In this document: piece after piece, positions 28,268 through 37,593 of the stretch
Layout of the letters: the number at the start of each line of letters is the position of its first letter
How positions within the stretch are numbered: position 1 is the stretch's first letter
From: Planctomycetota bacterium
Lineage (GTDB): Bacteria; Planctomycetota; JAJSAM01; JAJVHW01
Length of the DNA: 64,000 nt
Direction of reading: 5' to 3'
Assembly: GCA_965248445.1 (NCBI GenBank)
Contig: CBDFJG010000001.1
Span: 352,001 to 416,000, forward strand
Program-made: the position numbers and the translations under genes
The notes under the pieces: model-generated
Databases searched by the model: none
What the model was told of the DNA's origin: nothing
What the model saw: the letters and a program-made list of their open reading frames with translations, nothing else

Positions 28268-28379
28268 CGCCACGCACGACGGCTTCCTCGCGCGCGAGCC
28301 CATAGAACGCGAGACAGTCGCAACCAAGCCGACTTACGGCGCTCGCCCCGGCGGCGGTGGCCGACAAGCGGGCGTGATT

Positions 28380-28504
28380 CCGGTGACAGATTCGTCACGG
28401 TGTCGCACACGCAGGCTGTGGGAGTCAGAACCCCCCGCGCCTTCGGGCCGGTACACCTGGCGGAATCTGTCACCGGTCTCGGTGTGACGGGTCTCGGTAT
28501 GACG
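28380..28504. repeat. GAGACCGG-family hairpin with tandemly duplicated right end
   Basis: CCGGTGACAGATTC pairs perfectly with GAATCTGTCACCGG; the right arm runs into GGTCTCGGTGTGACG and GGTCTCGGTATGACG in tandem. Confidence 0.75.
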
Positions 28505-28553
28505 CGGTACCGCGCGCGTCTTCTTCTGCGGCCCGCCGGCAGCGGGAAGAGCG

Positions 28554-29405
28554 CTACCGGTCCCAGCTGTAGTCGCTCAGGAAATCGTGCTGCGCGATGC
28601 GTCGCTCGACGTCGCTGCGATCCTCATCGCTCCACTTCGTCTGGTCGCGGGAGCGGTTCGGTGCCGCGTACACGATGCCGGACGCCGCGCGGAGGTACTC
28701 GGGGTCGGCGTCGAGCCCGATGAAGTCGAGGATCCGCGCGATGGTGACGGACGGGTCGACGATCAGGTCCTCATGACGGACGTCGAGAATCTCACCCGGT
28801 CCCGCGACCTCGCGAATCGTGCTGACGGCTCGACACAGGGCGAAGTGACGCTCGATCGTCTCGCGGAGCTCGTCCTTCGGCCGGCGGCGGTGCCGCGTGG
28901 CGATATTGTCGTACGGGTTGCGCACGACGTGCACCATCCGCAGGGGCACACGCACCGTGTCGCGCAGCCGCGCCAGCAACGCCGGGTTCGCGCCGAGACG
29001 CCGCGTCGTGCGGCCGGCCTTCTTGTCCCCGATGACGCGAGTGCCCTCGCTGCGGCCCTGGAACTGACCCGGAACCTCGTAGGAGTAGCCGGTCCACTCC
29101 CGCCCCGACCCCGAGAACTCGGCGGAGTTCGCCGCGATGAGGTGGAACAGCTGCGAGCGTCCGAACCCACGATCGAGGAACCCGACCGCGTCCAGCTCGT
29201 GCGCGATCGTGGCGTGGCGGTGGGCGTCGATGAGCGATCCGACGAGGCTGCTGCCGCTGCGCGGATAGCCGATCAGGAATGCGTAGGTCCGCACGTCCCG
29301 GAAGAGCGCCCGGTCGCGGAGACCGAGCGCAGCGCTGCGCAGATACAGCCGCCCGATGTCGAAGCGGCTGCGCCGCCGGATGCCCGCGAACCGCGGCGCC
29401 TTCAC
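28554..29405 (-). CDS. PAPS-dependent sulfotransferase
   Basis: IGYPRSGSSL (5'-PSB), VVRNPYD (3'-PB), RHEDLI. GTGA overlap with the ABC gene. Confidence 0.88.
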   Translation of the reverse strand: MKAPRFAGIRRRSRFDIGRLYLRSAALGLRDRALFRDVRTYAFLIGYPRSGSSLVGSLIDAHRHATIAHELDAVGFLDRGFGRSQLFHLIAANSAEFSGSGREWTGYSYEVPGQFQGRSEGTRVIGDKKAGRTTRRLGANPALLARLRDTVRVPLRMVHVVRNPYDNIATRHRRRPKDELRETIERHFALCRAVSTIREVAGPGEILDVRHEDLIVDPSVTIARILDFIGLDADPEYLRAASGIVYAAPNRSRDQTKWSDEDRSDVERRIAQHDFLSDYSWDR

Positions 29406-32005
29406 ACGCCGTCCCGGCCCTGCCCCATCTGCAGCTCCCACATCCGCTTGAACTGACTGTCCGGATTGTCGAGAAGGTCGGCTGGAGCGCCGGTCTCGAC
29501 GATCTTGCCGTCCCGCATGACGACCACGCAGTCCGCATTGCGGATCGTCGAGAGGCGGTGCGCGACCACAATCACCGTGCGTCCCGACATCAGCTTGTCG
29601 AGAGCGGCCTGGACCTGCTTCTCGGCGTGCGTGTCGAGCGCACTCGTCGCCTCGTCGAGGATCAGTACCGGAGCGTCCTTCAGGATCGCTCGAGCGATCG
29701 TGATGCGCTGACGCTGTCCGCCCGAGACAGAGGAACCGCGCTCCCCCGCCTCCTTCTGATAGCTCCCCTCCATGCCCTTGATCTCGTCGTGGACGAACGC
29801 GTCTACGGCCGCGGCCCGGATCTCCTCACCGGTAGCGTCCGCCTTGCCGTAGCGGATGTTCTCGGCAATCGTGGCGTTGAACAGGAACGCGTCCTGCGTG
29901 ACGACCGCGATGTTCTCCCGCAGGCTTTGCACGCTGTACTCGCGGATGTCGGCGCCCTCGCAGAGGATCGCGCCCTCCGTCGGGTCGTAGAACCGCGAGA
30001 CGAGATCGCAAAGCGTCGTCTTTCCGGCACCGGTCGGTCCGACGACGGCGACGATCTCACCCGCACCGATGGTCAGGTTCACGTCGCGCAGGACGTCCTT
30101 CTCACCGTAGGCGAACGAGACGTCGCGGAACTCGATCCCACGCTTCAGCCGGCCCTGCGCCATCTCGCGCGGTCCGTCCTTCAGTGAGTTCTCGTAGTCG
30201 AGGATCTCGAACACGCGTTCGGTCCCCGGCGTTGCGTTGACGACCGAGTTCGCCGTCTTCGTGAGCTTCTTCGAGGCAGTGTAAGCGCGCTGCACGATGA
30301 CGATGAACGCCGTGACGTCGCCAACCGACACCTGGCCGCCGAGCACCAGGTAGCCGCCGCCGACGAAGATGATCGCGGCGCCGAGGTTCTGCATCAGTTC
30401 GAGCAGCGACTCGGACAGCGCGGACAGTCGATGCACCCGCCGCGCCTCGCCGATGAACCGCTGATTGGCCTTGTCCAGCCGTTCCGCTTCGCGCTTTTCG
30501 CCGACGAAGGCTTTGATGACCTTCACTCCGACGAGCATCTGGAAGATCACGTGGCTGATTTCTGCGAGCAGGACCTGGCGAGACTCCGCACGGCTCTTGA
30601 TCTTCTTCGCGATGCGGAACAGCGGCCAGACCAGGATGGGCATCCCGAGGAGCACGAGCGCCAGTCGCGAGTTGACCACGAATGCCGTGACGACGGCACC
30701 GACCAGTTCGAAGGGCTGGATGGACGCGGTGCCCATCGCCAGATTGATGACCCGCTTCATCGCGGCGGCGTCGCGCTCGATGCGTGCCAACAGGTCGCCG
30801 GAGCGGAAGCGCGCGAAGAACTCGAGCGGAAGCGAGACGATCTTGGTGCCGATCGTCAACCGAATGTCCGCCATCATCGCGGTCGCGTAGTAGTTGTTGA
30901 GGTACTCGCGCGCGTAGTGCGCTCCCGCCAACAGCACCGACATCCCCGCGATGAGTCCGGCGAGTGTCCACAACAGGCCGATCGGGTCGTCGCCGGGATT
31001 GACGAGAACGTCGTCGATCAGCTTCTGGACCAGCAGCACCTTCGTGACGAGGCCCGCCGCGGAGTAGAAGATGCCGAGCACCACGACCCCGACGATGCCC
31101 CATTTGTAGGGCGCCATGAACTGGAAGACGCGGATCAGCACGCCGTACTTCACGCCGCGCCGTTGCAGCGACAGGAAGGTCGTCAGCAGCAGGCAGAGAA
31201 TCCCGAGGCCGAGGGTGAGGTGCCACAGGAAGAGCTGCGCGAACTCCGCACCGAACGCTCGGAGCGGGAGTCCCGCGGCAGACCACGTGGCATCGACGTC
31301 GCGGATCTCGACCAGCGCCCACGTGCCCGGCACGGCGGCAAGTTCGCGCCACGAACCGAATGCCTCGTCGCCGTCCTCCCCCTTGTACCCCCGGGCGTCG
31401 CCGGCATCGCCGTGCGAGATCTGCTTGCGCGCGAACGTCTTTCCCGAACCGCCGAACAGGTTGGTGATGTCGAGCCCGCCACCGTCGTCGCTCTTCGGCG
31501 CGGCTCCGTGGAGGAACAGCGTGCTGCCGTCCGAAGAGACGAGCCCGATGCGTGAGTACCGGCCCTCGCGCTCCGAGGCGGCGGAGGCCGGCAGACCAAC
31601 GGCGGCGTCGGCTTCGAGCCGGTCGATCAGCGCGGAGTGCGCAATGCGTCCGCGGCGGTAGGTTGACGCTGCCTCGCCGGGGACGATCACGTGGATGCCG
31701 TCGCCGGCGAACTGAACGGCCGCGTCTACCCCGGCGATCAGCACCGTTTCGGGGGCCGCGGAGGCAGACACGCTCTCGGCCCAGTCGATGGTCTGAGTGG
31801 GAGGACCGCTCCCGTCCCACGCACGCAGCGCGTCCGCGCCCTCGGAGAGAGTCGCGACGAACCGGTTCTCCAGCGCGTCGACCGCTGGTCCCAGCCCACC
31901 GACGGCGGCGGCGCGCAACGCCTTCGTCTCGTGGTAGTGACCCCAAGCCAGCGCGACGGTGGCCGCCAGGAACACAACGGTGAGGGCGAGGAAGATACGC
32001 CTCAT
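29402..32005 (-). CDS. MsbA-like ABC exporter with N-terminal extracytoplasmic (Cache-like) extension
   Basis: ABC TMD; Walker A GPTGAGKTT, signature VSGGQRQR, Walker B ILDEATSALD, AHRLST; about 280 extra N-terminal residues bounded by TMs. Confidence 0.9.
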   Translation of the reverse strand: MRRIFLALTVVFLAATVALAWGHYHETKALRAAAVGGLGPAVDALENRFVATLSEGADALRAWDGSGPPTQTIDWAESVSASAAPETVLIAGVDAAVQFAGDGIHVIVPGEAASTYRRGRIAHSALIDRLEADAAVGLPASAASEREGRYSRIGLVSSDGSTLFLHGAAPKSDDGGGLDITNLFGGSGKTFARKQISHGDAGDARGYKGEDGDEAFGSWRELAAVPGTWALVEIRDVDATWSAAGLPLRAFGAEFAQLFLWHLTLGLGILCLLLTTFLSLQRRGVKYGVLIRVFQFMAPYKWGIVGVVVLGIFYSAAGLVTKVLLVQKLIDDVLVNPGDDPIGLLWTLAGLIAGMSVLLAGAHYAREYLNNYYATAMMADIRLTIGTKIVSLPLEFFARFRSGDLLARIERDAAAMKRVINLAMGTASIQPFELVGAVVTAFVVNSRLALVLLGMPILVWPLFRIAKKIKSRAESRQVLLAEISHVIFQMLVGVKVIKAFVGEKREAERLDKANQRFIGEARRVHRLSALSESLLELMQNLGAAIIFVGGGYLVLGGQVSVGDVTAFIVIVQRAYTASKKLTKTANSVVNATPGTERVFEILDYENSLKDGPREMAQGRLKRGIEFRDVSFAYGEKDVLRDVNLTIGAGEIVAVVGPTGAGKTTLCDLVSRFYDPTEGAILCEGADIREYSVQSLRENIAVVTQDAFLFNATIAENIRYGKADATGEEIRAAAVDAFVHDEIKGMEGSYQKEAGERGSSVSGGQRQRITIARAILKDAPVLILDEATSALDTHAEKQVQAALDKLMSGRTVIVVAHRLSTIRNADCVVVMRDGKIVETGAPADLLDNPDSQFKRMWELQMGQGRDGV

Positions 32006-33111
32006 GTGGCGCTCTCCGTCAGCTCGCGATACACGGCGAGGTTGCCGTCCACCATCGTGTCGACCGTGAAGCCCACGTGCACGTGGCGCTCACCAGCGTC
32101 ACGCAGCCGGCCGGCGAGTTCCGGATCCTGCAGCACGCGGAGGATCGCCGCGGCGAGCGCCTCTGGATCGCGCGGCGGCACCGTCAATCCGGTCTGCTCG
32201 TGCACCAGCACCTCAGGGATGCCCCCCACCGCCGAGCCGACCGCCGGACAGCGCAGCGCGAGCGCGTCGAGCAAGCTCGTGCACAGTCCCTCGAGGACGC
32301 TGCACATCACGAAGCAGTCCATGCCGCGGATGAGCGAGGGTACGTCTCGGCGGAACCCGGTGAAGATGATTCGCTCTTGCACACCGAGGCGTGCCGCTTC
32401 CGCTGCAACCTTCGGCTGACACTCTCCCTCGCCGATCAGGAACACGCGCGCTTCCGGCTCGGCGGCGAGGACGCGCGGCATCGCCTGGACCAGGAACTCT
32501 TGCGCCTTGTGCCAGCCGAACGCCGCCACGTCGCCAATCACGTGCGCCCCCGCGGGCAGACCGAACTCCGCGTGGAAGTCGTGCGGCTCGACGCCTTCGA
32601 AGCGCGCCGGGTCGATGCCGGAGTGGACCACGCTGATGCGCTCGGCCGGGATACCGTCCTTGATCATCTGCCGGCGAATGCCCTCGCTGATCGCGATGTA
32701 CCGGTCGATCCCGAAGCGGTACTTGAACCATGAGAGCCGCAGCACATTACGATAGATCGAGAAGTCCACGCGTCGACTGACGACGCGCTTCCCGATGCCG
32801 GTCGTGCGCGACGCGATCATCGCCAGCGTGTGCGCGTGGCTCGTGTGCATATGGACGATGTCGGGTCGGAACGACTTCAGGTGGCCACGGAGACGCGAGA
32901 TTGCCCCGATGTCCGCTTCGCCGCGCATGCGGATCTCCGCGGCATCCAGGCCCGCGGCCCGGTGTCGTTCGACGTACGGAGATCCCGGCGGACCGACGCA
33001 GAGCTGGGTGACGCCGCGCCGGGCGAGGCCCTCCGCGAGGTAGAGCGCCTGCTGTTCGCCACCCCGCCACGTGCGCTCGGTATCGACGTGCATGACACGC
33101 AGCGCGCTCAA
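32002..33111 (-). CDS. Glycosyltransferase family 4
   Basis: HVDTERTWRGGEQQ, EGLCTSLLDA, VGGIPE; TTGA overlap with upstream gene. Confidence 0.9.
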   Translation of the reverse strand: MSALRVMHVDTERTWRGGEQQALYLAEGLARRGVTQLCVGPPGSPYVERHRAAGLDAAEIRMRGEADIGAISRLRGHLKSFRPDIVHMHTSHAHTLAMIASRTTGIGKRVVSRRVDFSIYRNVLRLSWFKYRFGIDRYIAISEGIRRQMIKDGIPAERISVVHSGIDPARFEGVEPHDFHAEFGLPAGAHVIGDVAAFGWHKAQEFLVQAMPRVLAAEPEARVFLIGEGECQPKVAAEAARLGVQERIIFTGFRRDVPSLIRGMDCFVMCSVLEGLCTSLLDALALRCPAVGSAVGGIPEVLVHEQTGLTVPPRDPEALAAAILRVLQDPELAGRLRDAGERHVHVGFTVDTMVDGNLAVYRELTESAT

Positions 33112-34223
33112 GCAGGCTCTCCCGCCTGCAGGGCGTCCCGGTACGCAGCGACCGTGCGCGCTGCCGTCTCGCGCCAGCTGAACGCTGCAGCGTGTGTGGC
33201 CCCCCGCTCGACGAGTTCGTCTCGCACGCTGGGCTGGTCCAGTATCTCCGCGAGCGCGTCGCGCAACTGGCCCGCGTCGTCCGCTTCGACCACCACGGCG
33301 GCGCCCCCGGACGTGGCGACCGACGCACCGGCGCGTGCCACCACGACCGGGCATCGACACGCCATCGCCTCGAGGATCGGGAGGCCGAAGCCCTCCGCCT
33401 TGCCCGTGAAGCAGAAGGCCGCCGCGCCCGTGTAGAGGCCTGGGAGGATGTCGTCGCCAACGAATCCCGCGACCGTCACGCCGGAGTCGAGGCCGCGGGC
33501 GCCGGCGTCTTGCAGCAACTTGTCGCCGCCCGTCTGCACCGGCCCGGCGAGCACGAGCTCAACGTCCTCGAACCGCGGGTCCCGGCGCAGTTCCGCGAAT
33601 GCCAGAAGGAGCGGTGCCAGGTTCTTGCGGGCAGAGATCTGACCGACGAACAGCAGGTAGCGCAGGCCGATCCCCAACCGCTCCCTCACGACCGCGACCT
33701 CTTCCGGCGAACGGGGACGGAAGCGCTCGGCCAGGCCGAGCGGAACCACGCGGGTGCGCCCCTCCGCCGACGGGAAGCGCGATAAGAACGACTGTTCCGT
33801 GTACTGGGAGATGCAGAGGATCACCGCCGCCCGGCTAGCCACCGTCTGCAGGGCCTCCGCCTTGCGCCTGCGGAACGACTCCCGCGCAATGCCCGGCAGG
33901 TCGAGCGCGGAGAGGTCGTGGACCGTCGAGACCGCGGGAACGTCGGAGAAGTTCGGGATCCGGAGATCCGGGCCGTGGACCACGTCCGCCCCCCGCCGGC
34001 CGAAGGGCACCACTCGGTCATGGAACATCGCGGTGCCAAACCGCGGATCATCGATCCGCTCGAACCAGCGCCGCCGCCGGAAGCGCGAGACCCGGTAGAG
34101 GAGCGTAACCCGGTCGTCGGGACCGAGGGCCTCCGGGAGCCTCCGGATAAGCGAGACGCAATAGCGCGCCACCCCCGTCCGTTCCCGCTTCGCCACGCAC
34201 GAGCAGTCGATGCCGATGTGCAC
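33108..34223 (-). CDS. Glycosyltransferase family 4 (MtfB-like)
   Basis: TGVARY, TVHDL, RKN, EGFGLPILEAMAC, FSW. Confidence 0.92.
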   Translation of the reverse strand: MHIGIDCSCVAKRERTGVARYCVSLIRRLPEALGPDDRVTLLYRVSRFRRRRWFERIDDPRFGTAMFHDRVVPFGRRGADVVHGPDLRIPNFSDVPAVSTVHDLSALDLPGIARESFRRRKAEALQTVASRAAVILCISQYTEQSFLSRFPSAEGRTRVVPLGLAERFRPRSPEEVAVVRERLGIGLRYLLFVGQISARKNLAPLLLAFAELRRDPRFEDVELVLAGPVQTGGDKLLQDAGARGLDSGVTVAGFVGDDILPGLYTGAAAFCFTGKAEGFGLPILEAMACRCPVVVARAGASVATSGGAAVVVEADDAGQLRDALAEILDQPSVRDELVERGATHAAAFSWRETAARTVAAYRDALQAGEPA

Positions 34224-34350
34224 GGGCCGCAGTATCGTGGCAGGACCCGGGGAGCGAACAAGACGCCGATCCCGAGCCTGCCGGGCGGCCGGGCCGCGTA
34301 CGAGTAGGGCGAGAGCGTGCCCTGGCCTCGCACGGGAGTAACCTCCCGCG

Positions 34351-35067
34351 ATGACGGCCCCCCCGCCTCCCGCCGAGGCTCCTCCCGCTACACCGGCCGA
34401 GGTCGAAGCCACCACCCGCAGGCTGCTCGGCAAGCAGGGGCCGTTCCGCGCCACCGTCCGGCTCCTCGATCGGGAGGGACGCAAGTGGGTCGCGAAGGAC
34501 TACCGCGGGTGTACGCCGCTCTATCGCTGGACCGTCGGGCGCCTGATCCTCGCCCGCGAGGTGCGCGCGCTGACGCGGCTCGCGGGGATCATGGGGATTC
34601 CCCGCATCGAAGCGCGAGCGGGCACGTGGATACTGGTCATGACCCGGTTCAAGGGGCTGGACCTCGGCAAGACTCCACGCGTGGAGCAAACGCCGGAGTT
34701 CTTCGACCACCTGCTGGCGATCGTGCGCGAGATGCACGCACGTGGCGTGCTGCACCTCGATCTCAGGCAGCGCCGCAACATCCTTCTCCAACCGGACGGG
34801 CGCCCCGCTGTGCTGGACTTCGGCGCCGCGGTCTGCGCACGGCCGGGTGGCTGGCGGATGCGGCGGTTCGCACCGATCGACGTCTCCGGTGTGCTCAAGT
34901 ACAAGCATCGGGCGCAACCGGGGTCGCTCAGCAAAGTCGAGGCGGCTACGCTTGCCCGCGCGGAACGGCGGCGGAAGTGGTGGCCGTTCCGCGACTGGTG
35001 GCGGCGGGACAACGACTCCGCGAATGCGAAGGACGGCAACGGGGAGTACGAGGAGGACACGGCATGA
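34351..35067 (+). CDS. Kdo/WaaP/RIO-like kinase
   Basis: VAKDY, REVRAL, HARGVLHLDLRQRRNIL, LDFG. Confidence 0.8.
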   Translation: MTAPPPPAEAPPATPAEVEATTRRLLGKQGPFRATVRLLDREGRKWVAKDYRGCTPLYRWTVGRLILAREVRALTRLAGIMGIPRIEARAGTWILVMTRFKGLDLGKTPRVEQTPEFFDHLLAIVREMHARGVLHLDLRQRRNILLQPDGRPAVLDFGAAVCARPGGWRMRRFAPIDVSGVLKYKHRAQPGSLSKVEAATLARAERRRKWWPFRDWWRRDNDSANAKDGNGEYEEDTA

Positions 35068-36203
35068 GGCGAACACTCACAGTCACGATGGCAGTGCTGG
35101 CATTCGTCGCGCTCGCAGCGCAGGCGCTCGCCGGAGAAGCCATCCGGCTGGACGTCGAGTTGCCGCCGGACGCGGGCACGCTCTCGCCTGGAGAGAAGAT
35201 CCCGGTCCAAGTCGTCGGGATCGACAGCACGGGCGCGCGCGTCGGGTTCGGTGGCCGGCAGGTGCAGCTCGACGCCAGTGCAGGCTCGGCGTTCGTGAAG
35301 AAACGCCCGTACGCGTTCATGTACCAGGCGCCCAAGAACATCGACGGCGTGAAGACCGTGACCCTCTCTGCATCACTGCTGGAGGCGCCCGCGGTCCGCG
35401 GCTCCACGCAAGTGAAGATCGGGCCGGGAGGGATCTATGTCCGGCTCGTCCTTCGTCCGCGCGCGACGACGGTCGCGTACGGCAGCACCGTCGAGATCGA
35501 CGTCCTCGGCGAGACGCGCGAGGGGCGCACGGTGCCGCTGCACGATCGCGAGCTGAAGGTCGGAGTCCGCGGACCGGGCAAGGCCGGCGCATCCCGTCCG
35601 GGCACGATCGTGTACACGGCTCCGTCGAAACCGGACGCCGACAAGGGCGACGCCGTCGTCGTGACAGCACAGATCAAACGCAAGGACGCGAAGGGCGAAG
35701 TCGCGCTCAAGCTGTCTGCAGATGCCGCTCCGCCGAAGCCCGCCCCAACCAAGACGACGGGCGTCGTGCGGCCGGGCGGGAACGTGCGCGTCGTACGGTG
35801 GCGCGCGTGGACGCCCACGCCGCTCGGCGACGAGAAGACGACGGCGAAGCTCCGCAAGCTGCCGGCGGCGGGTGGCGACTTCGTGGCGAACCACGACGTT
35901 CAGAAGCTCCGCGTGGTCGCGCTGATCGACGACGTGACCCGTCTACAGCTCGTCTCCTGGACCGGCGACCGCAAGACCGCGAATGTGCGGCGGGACGGCC
36001 CCGGTGACAAGGGACCGTTGCGCCAGGAGCGGTCGAAAACCGGCTACCTGGTCGCGCACATCGAACTGGCCGTGCCGGTGGGCAAGCTCGCACGTCGCGC
36101 GGAACTCCAAATGACCCGCGCCGACGGCACCGTCGTGAAGGAGAAGTTCATCTTCCGCCGCGGCCGCGACAAGGACCGTGACGGCGAGAGAGACCGCCGC
36201 TGA
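35064..36203 (+). CDS. Secreted hypothetical protein with Ig-like segments
   Basis: Signal peptide MRRTLTVTMAVLAFVALAAQALA; two YQAP/YTAP beta-rich repeats; ATGA overlap. Confidence 0.7.
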   Translation: MRRTLTVTMAVLAFVALAAQALAGEAIRLDVELPPDAGTLSPGEKIPVQVVGIDSTGARVGFGGRQVQLDASAGSAFVKKRPYAFMYQAPKNIDGVKTVTLSASLLEAPAVRGSTQVKIGPGGIYVRLVLRPRATTVAYGSTVEIDVLGETREGRTVPLHDRELKVGVRGPGKAGASRPGTIVYTAPSKPDADKGDAVVVTAQIKRKDAKGEVALKLSADAAPPKPAPTKTTGVVRPGGNVRVVRWRAWTPTPLGDEKTTAKLRKLPAAGGDFVANHDVQKLRVVALIDDVTRLQLVSWTGDRKTANVRRDGPGDKGPLRQERSKTGYLVAHIELAVPVGKLARRAELQMTRADGTVVKEKFIFRRGRDKDRDGERDRR

Positions 36204-36204
36204 C

Positions 36205-36230
36205 GCGGCACGCAGATATTTGCGTGCCGC
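36205..36230. terminator. Hairpin directly after stop codon between convergent genes
   Basis: GCGGCACGCA-GATATT-TGCGTGCCGC, with no long U tract. Confidence 0.5.
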
Positions 36231-36347
36231 TTGCGGCCTCATGTACCCCTCCTACGCGTCCTCCGGACGCTGCGGAGGACTACGGTCACGCCGCTTGCTA
36301 CGCAATCGTCGCGCCCTCGCTACTCGAAACTCGGTAGAGAGCTCGCT

Positions 36348-36460
36348 CTAGGGGCGGGCCGCTGCGCCCGCCCACGCGCCGCGCGCGACGCGCTCCGGCT
36401 GAATCGTCCTGCGAGGGACGAGCCTCCGGTCTGTCCGCGGGCGCGGCGGCCCGCCCCTAC
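36348..36460. repeat. Inverted pair of GTAG-type REP sequences (REPIN-like)
   Basis: CTAGGGGCGGGCCGCTGCGCCCGCCC on + and GTAGGGGCGGGCCGCCGCGCCCGC on -. Confidence 0.75.
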
Positions 36461-37584
36461 GCGATGTCGGTGTAGATCTTCTCGACCGTCTCCGCCTGAC
36501 GCGGGAGTCCGAAGCGGTCTTTGGCCGTCTTTGCTGCGGCGCGGGACATCTTCGCGAGCGTGTCCGGCTCACTCGCTAGCCGCACGAGGGCTTCTTCGAG
36601 TTCCTTGGCGTCGTCGTCGATGTGAATGCCGGTGCGCCCGTCCTCGACGAGTTCCTGCAGGTGGCCGCGGCGGGCGGACACGATCGGGACGCCCATCGCG
36701 AGCGCTTCGCGCACCGCGCGGCACGAACCGTCAGAGCCAGGTGTCAGATACACCTTCACCGACATGCAACGCAGCGTCGCGACGTACTCAGCGCCCTGGC
36801 GGTAGCCCGTGAAGATCGCCTTGCCGACTAGCTCCTTGCGTGCTGCCGGCTTCACCGCCACTTCGTCCATCCAGGTGCCGCGGCCGACGAGCAGGATCTT
36901 GAGGTGCGGAACGCGCACAGCCGCTCGCGTGAGCGCCTCGAAGAAGATCTCGAACCGGCGGTGGCGTTGCATACGCGCAACGATGCCGACCACGAAATCG
37001 CCCGGCTCGATGCCGTACTCGCTAGCGAGATCCGGGAGACCCCGACGCTTGGGATTGAAGCGGCGGAGGTTCACGGCGCCGTCCACCGTGATCACACGAT
37101 CGTCGGAGATCGGGAAGCGCCCCGCCACCGCATCCCGCATCCGATCGCTGACGGTCAGCACGCGAGAAGTACGGTCATCGAACAGCGCGGACGTGTCCCG
37201 GCCCTTGCGTGGCGGCTCACCGTCGTAGAGCGAGCGCACGACGGGCACCTTCAGGCGCTCGGTCGCGCCCAATGCCAGACGGTGGTCGTTGTTCAGGTGG
37301 CAGTGCACGACGTCCGGCGACGTCTTGCGGATGAGCTGCCGCAGCGCACGCCGGTCGATCGGGTCGTAGATCGGGTGCCGGTGCTTGCCCAGACGCAGAC
37401 CGAGGATCGGCGACAGCTTGCGCAGGCGTGCCTCGTTCGCAACGTGGTTCGGCAGGTTCTTGACCTCCCGCCCGCACGCGAAGTGCACCTCGTGCCCGCG
37501 CTCCGCCAGCGTCGCGGCGAGGTTCACCGCCGGCTCCGCAGGACCGGTCCACTTCCAGTTGGCGAAGAGGTGGAGGAGCTTCAC
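36457..37584 (-). CDS. Glycosyltransferase family 4
   Basis: KWTGPAEP, GIVARMQRHR, DGSCRAVREALAMGVP. Confidence 0.88.
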   Translation of the reverse strand: MKLLHLFANWKWTGPAEPAVNLAATLAERGHEVHFACGREVKNLPNHVANEARLRKLSPILGLRLGKHRHPIYDPIDRRALRQLIRKTSPDVVHCHLNNDHRLALGATERLKVPVVRSLYDGEPPRKGRDTSALFDDRTSRVLTVSDRMRDAVAGRFPISDDRVITVDGAVNLRRFNPKRRGLPDLASEYGIEPGDFVVGIVARMQRHRRFEIFFEALTRAAVRVPHLKILLVGRGTWMDEVAVKPAARKELVGKAIFTGYRQGAEYVATLRCMSVKVYLTPGSDGSCRAVREALAMGVPIVSARRGHLQELVEDGRTGIHIDDDAKELEEALVRLASEPDTLAKMSRAAAKTAKDRFGLPRQAETVEKIYTDIA

Positions 37585-37593
37585 GCGCTTTGG

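Noticed and set aside
2708..28504. Hairpins as a CRISPR array or classical integron attC sites
   Set aside because: No regular repeat-spacer periodicity, no cas or intI gene, no RYYYAAC/GTTRRRY boxes, and mixed gene orientation.
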